Shown here piece after piece: positions 10,274 to 18,668 of a stretch of DNA of 64,000 nt. The DNA comes from Candidatus Binatia bacterium. Lineage in GTDB: Bacteria; Desulfobacterota; Binatia; UBA9968; CAXXLF01. The notes under the pieces were generated by a model, which saw only the letters and a program-made list of their open reading frames with translations, searched no databases and was not told the origin of the DNA. Every line of letters begins with the position of its first letter. Within the stretch, counting starts at the first letter, position 1. Both the position numbers and the translations under genes were made by a program. The stretch covers positions 992,001-1,056,000 of the forward strand of contig CAXXLF010000001.1 in assembly GCA_963664015.2 (NCBI GenBank), read 5' to 3'.

Positions 10274-10486
10274 AGTGTTCCCTCCCTGAACTCATGCAAC
10301 GGGCGAAGCCGGCGGTTGCCGTAGCCCGACGGCACATAAAATGTACAAACGCTATATCCCTATTGTCCATTACAGTCAAACTAACCTAGTCCGCGCCTTA
10401 TCCGAGGATATCGATACACCAACCGGAGGTTGACACCACATAGTTTTATTGCCATGTATTCAAGGAATCTTCGGGAGCGATATATT

Positions 10487-11356
10487 ATGTTAAAGCCATT
10501 TCGGCTTCTCGAACCCGACACGGTCGCCGAGGCAGCGGCCGAGCTGGTTGGGGAAGAAACAAAAATATATGCGGGGGGAGCCGAGCTTCTCTTGCTGCTC
10601 CGCCACGGGCTCTTGGACGCAGCAACTCTGGTCAACATCAAACGGATCGCCAGTCTCAACGAGGTCAGTTGGGACGGTAGCAACCTCCGCATCGGGTCCA
10701 CGGTGACGCATCACAGGCTGGAGACGCATCCCCTGGTCCGAGAGCACCTCCCGATGCTGGCCCAGGCCGAGTCCCACATTGGAAACATTCGCGTCAGAAC
10801 CCAGGGAACTCTGGGGGGCAACCTCTGTTTCGCCGACCCCCACGCCGATCCGGCGACGGCGCTGCTGGTTCATGAAGCTACGGTAACCGTCGCGGGGAAA
10901 GAGACAAACCGCCAATTGGGCATGAAAGAGTTCCTAGTTGGTATGTACGAGACGGCCCTTCAACCGGACGAGCTACTCACCCAGGTCCAGGTCCCTCCCT
11001 TACCGGCGGGCTGGGGGCACGCCTATTTGAGAATCGAGCGCTTCTACCGGCCAACGGTCAATGTCGCCGCAGCGGTCCGATTGAGTGATGGAAAACTCGA
11101 TGGTGTTCGACTGGCCGTAGGATGTGTCGGTCCTAAGGCTCAACGGTTACAGGAATTGGAAGCCAAGATCTCCGGATTGCCGTTAGAAGAAGCCGAACGG
11201 GTGGTTACCGAATCCAAGCCCTATATCACCGACGAACTCCATCCGGTGGATGATCTCCTCGGATCGGCCGACTACAAGATTCACGTCACCAGCGTGCTGC
11301 TGAAAAAGGCCTTGGGCCAATCGCTCCGCAACGGAGGGGAAGCCAAACATGGATGA
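10487..11356 (+). CDS. Mo-hydroxylase FAD-binding medium subunit (CoxM/CutM/XdhB-like)
   Basis: AGGAELL, IGNIRVRTQGTLGGNL..ADP..D, SADYK; ATG 10487 with GGGAG RBS. Confidence 0.9.
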   Translation: MLKPFRLLEPDTVAEAAAELVGEETKIYAGGAELLLLLRHGLLDAATLVNIKRIASLNEVSWDGSNLRIGSTVTHHRLETHPLVREHLPMLAQAESHIGNIRVRTQGTLGGNLCFADPHADPATALLVHEATVTVAGKETNRQLGMKEFLVGMYETALQPDELLTQVQVPPLPAGWGHAYLRIERFYRPTVNVAAAVRLSDGKLDGVRLAVGCVGPKAQRLQELEAKISGLPLEEAERVVTESKPYITDELHPVDDLLGSADYKIHVTSVLLKKALGQSLRNGGEAKHG

Positions 11357-11855
11357 AAAGCCTGAAGAGCTGAAGACTCTGCAATCGATCGAGATTTCCC
11401 TGACGGTTAATGAGAAGACGTGGAGTGGAGAGGTCCCCGTAGAAGAAGTCCTGTTAGACTTTTTAAGATACCGAGTAGGGCTGACCGGCACCAAGCGTTC
11501 GTGTGAATCCCAGGTGTGCGGCGCCTGCACCGTTCTCGTTGGCAATCAACCAATCAGCTCCTGTAGTTACCTAGCCTTTGAGGCCAATAACCGATTGGTG
11601 ACAACGGTAGAGGGGTTAGCAGTAGGAGAACAGTTGGATCCTCTTCAGTCAGCCTTTATTCGCAATGTGGGGACCCAGTGCGGGTACTGCACCCCTGGAC
11701 AATTGATGGCCGCCAAGGGCCTCTTGCTGCACAACCCGACTCCCACCTACGAACAGATCGCCGAATGGATGAAGGGAAACATTTGTCGCTGCGGCTGCTA
11801 CCCGGCCATCGCTCAATCCATCCTCGAAGCTGTCGAGGAGCGCCAGAAGCCCTAG
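11349..11855 (+). CDS. Mo-hydroxylase [2Fe-2S] small subunit (CoxS-like)
   Basis: GTKRSC..QVCGACTV, QCGYCTPG, GNICRCGCY. Confidence 0.92.
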   Translation: MDEKPEELKTLQSIEISLTVNEKTWSGEVPVEEVLLDFLRYRVGLTGTKRSCESQVCGACTVLVGNQPISSCSYLAFEANNRLVTTVEGLAVGEQLDPLQSAFIRNVGTQCGYCTPGQLMAAKGLLLHNPTPTYEQIAEWMKGNICRCGCYPAIAQSILEAVEERQKP

Positions 11856-11857
11856 AC

Positions 11858-13300
11858 CTAAGGCTTGTCGGCTGCTCCCAATATATGGAACAGGTGCCGG
11901 GCAAAGTCCGTGTTGTCCTGGTAGCCGCGGAAGCGATGAGCCCCCACTCCTAGAGCTCCGACAAAGACAGGCTGATGGGTATGCCCTCTTCCCACCCAGA
12001 ATGCCTGCGTGTTGTGTCCCACCATCGCCCCCAGTGCAGCAGCGCGCCAGTTGGAATAGAAAGTTGGTCCCAACGGCTTGTTTTGGATCAGCATCTGTTT
12101 GAGCTCCGGTGGCAAATGGAAGCCAGGATAATAGTCTGCCATAAGCCTGTCCACATCGTTGGCGGTTGGATGTTGGCCCAGGATCTTTAACGCCTTGCTG
12201 ATCGAGATTCGAATAGACCGGATTCTTTCCAGACTCCATGTAGATGGGAAGATCCGGTTTTCCCGGCCCCGTAATCCCAGCGCCTTGGCAGCACCCGTAA
12301 AAGCAAATCCTCCGGTCTCGTGGTCCGACGTAACTAGAACGAGGGTTTCCGTCGGATGCCTTTGATAGAAATCGTAAGCCAGCGCAACCGAATGATCGAA
12401 GACACGGAACTCATGGATCACGGATGCTACATCCGACAGGTGAGCGGCGCTATCGATATTTTCGTTCTCGACAAACATAACAAACCCGTCCTTCTTCTGC
12501 TGCAGAAGGCGGAGCGCCTCGCGGGTCATGTCCAGGACCGACGGTTCCCGATCCTTCGGCCGGTCCAGCTCGAAGCTCATATCCTTCATGCCGAACAGGC
12601 CCAACACCTTGGGCCCCTGAACCCCTTCGACTCCCCTCCGATCGGATACGTAGGCGTAACCTTTATCCTTGAATTCGGCGATGACATCCCTGTTGTCTTT
12701 CCTCTCACTCCCCTCGCGTGAGGAAGGCAAAAAGCCACTTCTCCCCCCACCCATCAAGAGATCCGGTTCCAGCCGTAGATAGGCGTCGATGATTTCTGCG
12801 GTGAGCGCCCTCTTGGGCACATGGGCACTAAATGCCGCGGGGCTGGCATCATAGACGGTTGAGTTCGTTATCAGCGCCAGCCTCATACCCTTCTTTTTGG
12901 CAAGCTCCATGACCGACAGGGGATGACTACCATCAGCGCAGATTCCGACAACCCCAATGTTTGCCTTACAGCCATTGGCCAAGGCCGTCGCAGAAGCCCC
13001 TGAGTCCGTGGTGAGAGATTCTACCGAGTGGGTTGTCATCAAACCGAGGGTTCCCTGGCTGAAGATGCGGTCCACGATACTGAAATCCTCTTGATGCATC
13101 CGCCGGTTGTACAGTCTCGCGGCTTCTAGGTGGTTTACCCCGGCACCGTCAGCTAAAAAGATAAAAATGTATTTAGGTTTCTGGGACAAGGGAGCTTCCA
13201 TGGCCTCCCCCCGGATCGGTATAACGAGCAAGACCGCAGCAACTAGAATGATCACTTCTAGCGCCCGCAGTCGTCCTTTCGAAGTGTCTTTTCTCATCAT
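11858..13300 (-). CDS. alkaline phosphatase (PhoA family), secreted
   Basis: Signal peptide, IFLADG, TDSGASATA (active Ser), ENIDSAAH, TSDHETGG, GHT. Confidence 0.88.
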   Translation of the reverse strand: MMRKDTSKGRLRALEVIILVAAVLLVIPIRGEAMEAPLSQKPKYIFIFLADGAGVNHLEAARLYNRRMHQEDFSIVDRIFSQGTLGLMTTHSVESLTTDSGASATALANGCKANIGVVGICADGSHPLSVMELAKKKGMRLALITNSTVYDASPAAFSAHVPKRALTAEIIDAYLRLEPDLLMGGGRSGFLPSSREGSERKDNRDVIAEFKDKGYAYVSDRRGVEGVQGPKVLGLFGMKDMSFELDRPKDREPSVLDMTREALRLLQQKKDGFVMFVENENIDSAAHLSDVASVIHEFRVFDHSVALAYDFYQRHPTETLVLVTSDHETGGFAFTGAAKALGLRGRENRIFPSTWSLERIRSIRISISKALKILGQHPTANDVDRLMADYYPGFHLPPELKQMLIQNKPLGPTFYSNWRAAALGAMVGHNTQAFWVGRGHTHQPVFVGALGVGAHRFRGYQDNTDFARHLFHILGAADKP

Positions 13301-13377
13301 CCCCTCAAAGGCTCAAGCACGAAATGTAAGGGTTGGACTGAATCCCAGCGAAGGCGGCGCAAAATCGGTGGTGTCAT

Positions 13378-14073
13378 TTAGAAGAGGTACCCGTGCCGCC
13401 TGGCTTCCAACCAGAACGATAGCAGCAAATAGTAGACGGGGAAGACCAACGAGACAAGATTAAGCGACATAAACGTTTCCGGCAGGCTATAGATGATGAC
13501 TAAGATGCTGATCCCCCAAAGCCCCCCCAAGCCCAGGGTCAGTCCACGAAGGGAAAGGTTACGGCTGGGATAGAGGTACCGGATCGGGATAAAGACCAAC
13601 AGGGAAAAAATGATAATCACGGTAGTGTTGAACCAGACCGGGCTCCCGAGAACGTATAGATAGAACACTACAACATTCCAATACGAAGGGAACCCCAGGA
13701 AAAAATGATCTGCGGTCTTGGCATCCGTTTGGCAGAATCCATAGGCACTGGCAACTAGAGGGAGAGCGACCAAACCCATAGCGGCCTCCTGCGGCAGCAG
13801 TTGGGCCCAGAACATGAAAACACACGGAACCAACACATAGTTCAAATAATCAACGATGTCATCCAGCCGGGCCCCATCGAAACACGGGAGCAACTCTTTC
13901 ACACGGAACTTACGAGCCAAGGTTCCATCGGTAGCATCGATCAGAACCGCAACCGACATGAGGGAGAGGGATTCCTTAAATTGGGCGTGAACGATAAAGA
14001 AGATTGCGGCAAAGGCAAGGATGGCCCCGATGGCACTATAGAGATGCACCAACCAGGCCAGTAATAACTTCAA
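13378..14073 (-). CDS. pcs: phosphatidylcholine synthase (CDP-alcohol phosphatidyltransferase)
   Basis: AWLVHLYSA, IDATDGTLARK..V, FDGARLDDIVDYLNYV, HFFLGFPSYWNVV, YLYPSR typical of Pcs. Confidence 0.78.
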   Translation of the reverse strand: MKLLLAWLVHLYSAIGAILAFAAIFFIVHAQFKESLSLMSVAVLIDATDGTLARKFRVKELLPCFDGARLDDIVDYLNYVLVPCVFMFWAQLLPQEAAMGLVALPLVASAYGFCQTDAKTADHFFLGFPSYWNVVVFYLYVLGSPVWFNTTVIIIFSLLVFIPIRYLYPSRNLSLRGLTLGLGGLWGISILVIIYSLPETFMSLNLVSLVFPVYYLLLSFWLEARRHGYLF

Positions 14074-14088
14074 AACAAGCTCGCAGCT

Positions 14089-14697
14089 TTAAGTCGCTGA
14101 CTCCGCAAAGCTCGGCCTGGCTCTAAGCCGCGCCAACCAAGCGATCATATTTTTGAATTTGGCGTCGATAGAGATCTCCAAACGCCCGATGAGGTCCGCG
14201 TTCGGCATAAAGGCGATGTCCGCCAGGCTGAAGCTACCGGCCAAATATTCCCGACCTTCCAGCTCTTTTTCAATACAATCAAAACAGACGACAATTTTTT
14301 TCTTGGCGTTATCGATGAGGGCCGTATCTCTTTCGCCCTCGACCTTGAATACAATTTGGTGAATAATCTCCATAAAGGGAGGATGGAAGTGGCTATCCCT
14401 ATAATCCTCCATCATGCGCGCCCGCGCCCGGCCTTCCGAATCTTCAGGCATAAGGGGAGGATGAGGATACTCGTCCTCTAGGTACTCGTTTATGATGGTC
14501 GAATCGTAGATAATGAACCCATCGTCATCCAATGCGGGCACCTGACCAAAGGGGTTAAGACTTAAAAAATCTGCATTTTTCTGTTCGTTTTTCATGAGAT
14601 CGACGTTAACCCGCTCGAACTCCAAGCCTTTTTCAATCAGGACAATCCTTACCTTTCGGGAGTTGGTGGAAGTGGGAAAGGTATAAAGCTTCATCAA
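14089..14697 (-). CDS. glutathione S-transferase
   Basis: SRKVRIVLIEKG, LNPFGQVPAL, DSTIINEYL, YLAGSFSLADIA. Confidence 0.92.
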   Translation of the reverse strand: MMKLYTFPTSTNSRKVRIVLIEKGLEFERVNVDLMKNEQKNADFLSLNPFGQVPALDDDGFIIYDSTIINEYLEDEYPHPPLMPEDSEGRARARMMEDYRDSHFHPPFMEIIHQIVFKVEGERDTALIDNAKKKIVVCFDCIEKELEGREYLAGSFSLADIAFMPNADLIGRLEISIDAKFKNMIAWLARLRARPSFAESAT

Positions 14698-14809
14698 TGC
14701 TCTCCTCCGCGGCCGTCACTTAGAACGCTATACCGTCTTGTCTATAAAAACAGAATACCACAAAATGACCGCCCCCTGCATCATGATTTTTCATTTATTT
14801 CAGGCTTAA

Positions 14810-14838
14810 TTGTCCGCCTTTCAGCAATTTGCTACATT
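14810..14838 (+). promoter_or_regulatory. putative sigma70 promoter for the glutaredoxin
   Basis: TTGTCC-N17-TACATT with extended -10 TG at 14830-14831. Confidence 0.4.
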
Positions 14839-14884
14839 ATCCAGAGTACGGAATTTTAGGGATAATTGACGAAGGGAGTCTAAA

Positions 14885-15118
14885 ATGGCCCAGCCAGTGG
14901 TGGTATTTACCCAACCCGGTTGAGGTCCCTGCCAGAGAGAGAAGGAGTTTCTTTCTCAAAAGGGTATCCCCTTCGTGGATAAGAACGTACGGGACGACCA
15001 ACAGGCCCTGAAAGAGCTTTTGAACCTGGGTTATTGCAGTACTCCTGTAACCCTGATCGATGGGGAAGCCCTAGTCGGGTTCGATCCGGTCAAGCTGGAA
15101 GGGATGTTGGGCGAATGA
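14885..15118 (+). CDS. glutaredoxin/NrdH-like selenoprotein, 77 aa, UxxC motif (in-frame TGA at 14921-14923)
   Basis: Manual translation MAQPVVVFTQPG-U-GPCQREKEFLSQKGIPFVDKNVRDDQQALKELLNLGYCSTPVTLIDGEALVGFDPVKLEGMLGE*; TGA sits at the first Cys position of CxxC; GGAG RBS at 14875-14878; missed by the ORF track. Confidence 0.88.
14924..14964 (+). promoter_or_regulatory. bacterial SECIS-like hairpin
   Basis: 11 nt after UGA: stem GAGAGAGAA (14935-14943) / TTCTTTCTC (14949-14957) with one G-U, G-first loop GGAGT, lower stem CCCT/AGGG. Confidence 0.75.
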
Positions 15119-15133
15119 AGTCCCGCCCCTGAT

Positions 15134-15835
15134 TCACTTGATCTGGGACTTCCATCCTGAGGAGCTAAGCATCTTCCCCGTCACCCCCTTGGATTCATCG
15201 CCGGCCAGGAATACGAAGGCATCAGTGACGGAGTCGGGAGGACTTCCCGTAAAGCCGGTGAGTTTTGTCGCCACGTAGCCCGGATCCACCGAATTGACGC
15301 GAATCTTGTGGGACCGGACCTCCGCAGCCAAGGTCTGGGTCAAGCCTTCGATCCCCCATTTGGACACCGCATAGGCAGAGAAATTGGCATAGGCCCCTCG
15401 TCCAATGGTTGAAGATACATTAACGATGGAACCGTTCCGCTGACGCATCATAATAGGGAGAATCGCCCGGGTCACAAGAAAGGCTCCCCGTAGATTCACA
15501 GCTAGAGTATAGTCCCATTTCTTCACTTCCATCTCAGCAAGAGGAACAGGACGGGTCATAACCCCGGCATTGTTGACGAGGACATCGATCCGGCCGAAGC
15601 GCTCTTCGATCTTAGCAACCAAGCGGGCGACAGATTCCTCCACAGAGACGTCACAGACAATTCCGAGACAATCCCGTTCCAGATTATAGATCTCACTGGC
15701 CGTCTGTTCGACCTCGGAACCGGTTCGAGCGCATACGGCAAGCCTCATACCCTGCCGCGCATACGCCATAGCCACAGCCTTACCGATACCCCTCCCGGCA
15801 CCTGTTATCAGCGCTACCTTTCCCTCAAGTTTCAT
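15134..15835 (-). CDS. SDR family oxidoreductase
   Basis: ITGAGRGIG, LVNNAG, YAVSK; ATG 15835 with GGAG RBS. Confidence 0.9.
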   Translation of the reverse strand: MKLEGKVALITGAGRGIGKAVAMAYARQGMRLAVCARTGSEVEQTASEIYNLERDCLGIVCDVSVEESVARLVAKIEERFGRIDVLVNNAGVMTRPVPLAEMEVKKWDYTLAVNLRGAFLVTRAILPIMMRQRNGSIVNVSSTIGRGAYANFSAYAVSKWGIEGLTQTLAAEVRSHKIRVNSVDPGYVATKLTGFTGSPPDSVTDAFVFLAGDESKGVTGKMLSSSGWKSQIK

Positions 15836-15917
15836 ACAGGACTCCACCTAATCAAATCTAATTTTCTCAAATATACAGCGTGACGGTCAGGCTGCCAACT
15901 AGTTTGGATAGGAAGCC

Positions 15918-15939
15918 TCCACGGGCTAACGCCCGTGGA
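15918..15939. repeat. perfect 9-bp hairpin resembling an IS200/IS605-type end or REP-like repeat
   Basis: TCCACGGGC-TAAC-GCCCGTGGA, preceded by GGAAGCC. Confidence 0.5.
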
Positions 15940-16101
15940 CTCCTTCCATTCTTCAGCGGAATCCGCGGTCGCACCCTTCTTGCTACTCCGCCGAAGCGGC
16001 TGCTTCAGCTGCAAAGGCGGAAAAAGCACTTAACAACAACTCCCGCGTAAGCGAACATCAGGCGAATATTCATCATGATAATCGAAAAAAGTTGACGCCC
16101 C

Positions 16102-17153
16102 GTGAACAAGACTCCGCTTCGTAACCGTGGCGCCAGCAAAAATCCGCCCAATCGGTTCGAGAGACTGTGGGTCGATCAATGTCCGGATGGGAACGAGCTA
16201 GTAAACCCCCTTACGCAATACCTCAAAGACCCCTCCCGTACGATCATCAGTACCAACGACAGCCCCGACGTCGGCTTCACCACCAGTATTATCCCTAACG
16301 GGGCTGCGAGCATGGTTGCGCCTATTGCTACGCCTGGCCCAGTCACGAATATTTGAATTTTTCTGCTGGTCTAGATTTTGAATCCAAAATTCTTATCAGG
16401 GAGAAGGCCCCCGAACTTCTGCGGCAGGTCCTGATTTCACCCCGGTGGACCCCACAGGTCCTCGCCATGTGCGGCGTCACAGACCCCTATCAACCCGTGG
16501 AGCGAAGCCTTGGCCTCACGCGGAGATGCCTGGAGGTTCTGGCCGAGTTTAATAACCCGGTAGCAATCGTCACCAAGAGCGTTCTGGTTACAAGGGACGT
16601 GGACATTTTAAGCGAGCTCGCCAGCCACAATGCCGCGGCCGTCTTCCTATCGATTACCACCCTGGATACTAACCTGGCCCGCCGATTGGAACCCCGGGCC
16701 TCCCAGCCTTTGCTCCATCTCAGGGCCATCGAGTCTTTGCGCCGTACCGGGGTACCTTCCGGTGTCATGGTTGCCCCAGTGATTCCCGGCCTGACTGACC
16801 ACGAGATCCCCGCGATCATCAGCGCTGCGGCACATGCTGGGGCTGAATCCGCGGGCACCGTGGTCTTGCGGTTACCTCATGGAGTCAAAGATTTGTTTGA
16901 GCAATGGCTGACACAGCACTTTCCCGATAAGAAGGCTAAAGTGATGAACCGGATCTGGGCAATTCGAAACGGTAAACTGAACGATTCGAGGTTCCGTAGC
17001 CGTATGAAGGGTGAAGGGATCTTTGCCAATCAGATAGCCTCTCTCTTTTCCAGTGCTTGCCGAAAAGCAGGGATTCACCACCGCCTCCCTGAACTCTCAA
17101 TAGCCTCATTCCGGCGCCCCACCGAGGGTCAGCTCACCCTGCTCGACGATTGA
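16102..17153 (+). pseudogene. PA0069-family (SplB-like) radical SAM protein, disrupted
   Basis: RGA..NPPNRFE, SPDVGF in ORF1; CEHGCAYC is in the ORF2 frame directly after TAA 16296-16298; 1-bp loss near 16291 relative to the SINPYRGC consensus. Confidence 0.85.
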
Positions 17154-17381
17154 GAATTTGGGACTCGGTACAGCAGCCCCCCACTCCTTTAAACTAATTC
17201 CCCTCCATTCCCTAATAGCCAGGATTCTACACTGAATCCATTTTTCCTCGATATTATGTTCCCCTTATTTGGACCTTGATTTTCCTTTTTTTCCATCACG
17301 TTTGCTCATAAGAAGCCGCACGGGAGGTTTCTGTTAGCTAGAAACACCCTATTTTATAGTGGGTTAGCGGCCTGCCCGGAG

Positions 17382-17398
17382 TTGGCATATTCCTAGCT
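17382..17398 (+). promoter_or_regulatory. putative sigma54 (-24/-12) promoter of the MlaC-like gene
   Basis: TTGGCAT-ATTCC-TAGCT; GG-N10-GC. Confidence 0.5.
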
Positions 17399-17459
17399 TG
17401 ATTAAAGATCCGGGATCAATTCTCGCAGATTATTCTACCGGAAACCAAGACAAGAAGGG

Positions 17460-18119
17460 ATGATGAGGTCAAAGTTTAGAACTCTGATCACTTACACGCT
17501 TTGCGTCAGTTTCCTCCTATTTCAGGTGCCCGGCGCTCGCAGTGAGAGCGAGGGTCCCCTGACTGGACAAATACGTACCACCGTCGAGAAGGTGCTCGGA
17601 ATTCTCGAAAATTCGACACCAAACAATCCTTCCACCAGTGCAAAAAGCGATCTTGAAAAAAAGCAGATGCAGCAGGCCGAGATGGCCTACCGTAGCCAAC
17701 TCCGTAAAGCGATCTTTCCCCAGTTCGACTTTCCTGAAATGGCAAAGCGATCCTTGGGTCTCAACTGGCGTCCACGGACTCCTGGGGAACAGGAAGAGTT
17801 TGTCGAGATATTTACCGGTCTTCTAGAAGACTTTTTTAGCGATAACCTCAAGTCCTTTAAAGACGAAAAGTTTGTTTACATGGACGAGAGTCAAAAGGGC
17901 AAATACGCCAAAGTCGATACCATGATTGTGACCAAAGAAGGAGAAGAGATCAGCCTCAAGTACATGCTTCACCAAGTGGACGAAGACTGGAAGGTGTACG
18001 ATATGGTGATCGAGAATGTCAGTCTAGTAAAAACTTACCGCTCTCAGTTTAACAGAATTATTGCCAATGCATACTACCAAGAGCTCGCACGAAGAATTAA
18101 TAAAGTAGGTGAAAAGTAA
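17460..18119 (+). CDS. MlaC/Ttg2D family phospholipid-binding periplasmic protein
   Basis: Signal peptide, FDFPEMAKRSLG..W, WKVYDMVIENVSLVKTYRSQF. Confidence 0.88.
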   Translation: MMRSKFRTLITYTLCVSFLLFQVPGARSESEGPLTGQIRTTVEKVLGILENSTPNNPSTSAKSDLEKKQMQQAEMAYRSQLRKAIFPQFDFPEMAKRSLGLNWRPRTPGEQEEFVEIFTGLLEDFFSDNLKSFKDEKFVYMDESQKGKYAKVDTMIVTKEGEEISLKYMLHQVDEDWKVYDMVIENVSLVKTYRSQFNRIIANAYYQELARRINKVGEK

Positions 18120-18154
18120 CCGCCGGGCCGGCTCTCTGGCGACCAGCAGCACTC

Positions 18155-18529
18155 TTAACGACTCATTAACTTTAAAAGTATCAATGTCTTCTGAACGGCC
18201 TCCTTGGCCTCCTCTGCAGCCTTTTTAGCTTCCGCCGCCGCCACGGCAGCCTCTTCTGCAGCGGCCTGGGCCCTCATGGCAGCGGAGTCAGGATCACTCG
18301 ACGTAGCACCTACCTTTTCAGCGGCCTTATTGGCCCTCGCTGCAGCAGCTTGCATCCGTGCCAGCGTTTTTTCCATTCGTTTTACTGCTTTTTCTGCCCT
18401 TGCCGCCGCACGTTTAGCTTTACTGGCCTCTTTTTGAACGGCAACAGTAGTCGGAGGAACCGTTGTTAAAGGTGCACAGCCCCCTGCATATAGGGATACC
18501 AATATCGCACCAAAGGCTAATTGAAACAA
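18155..18529 (-). CDS. alanine-rich coiled-coil (alanine-zipper-like) lipoprotein
   Basis: Hydrophobic signal with AGGC lipobox, then AARAEKA/AAARANKAA/AAEEAA repeats; start codon uncertain. Confidence 0.6.
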   Translation of the reverse strand: MFQLAFGAILVSLYAGGCAPLTTVPPTTVAVQKEASKAKRAAARAEKAVKRMEKTLARMQAAAARANKAAEKVGATSSDPDSAAMRAQAAAEEAAVAAAEAKKAAEEAKEAVQKTLILLKLMSR

Positions 18530-18651
18530 CGTCCCCTTTGGTTCTAGCCCATGGGGTTTCCTCCTTCATGACAGTTGAAAACCTGCTCCCTGAAATACCT
18601 AAATGCTCGTTATCGATCCGCAGAGAACTCGTGCATTCACGAAAAACTAAA

Positions 18652-18668
18652 CGCAATAATCCTGCCAA
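18652..18668 (-). promoter_or_regulatory. putative sigma54 promoter of the lipoprotein gene
   Basis: Minus strand TTGGCAG-GATTA-TTGCG, close to consensus TGGCAC-N5-TTGC. Confidence 0.6.

Noticed and set aside
10487-11855. Calling this an aerobic CO dehydrogenase
   Set aside because: No CoxL with the AYxCSFR motif is visible; M and S subunits are shared across Mo-hydroxylases
14829-15011. 60-aa ORF in the track
   Set aside because: Out-of-frame overlap of the UGA-containing glutaredoxin; no recognisable motif
16102-17153. Programmed frameshift or read-through in the radical SAM gene
   Set aside because: No slippery heptamer, and the stop is TAA with additional lesions; decay is the simpler explanation
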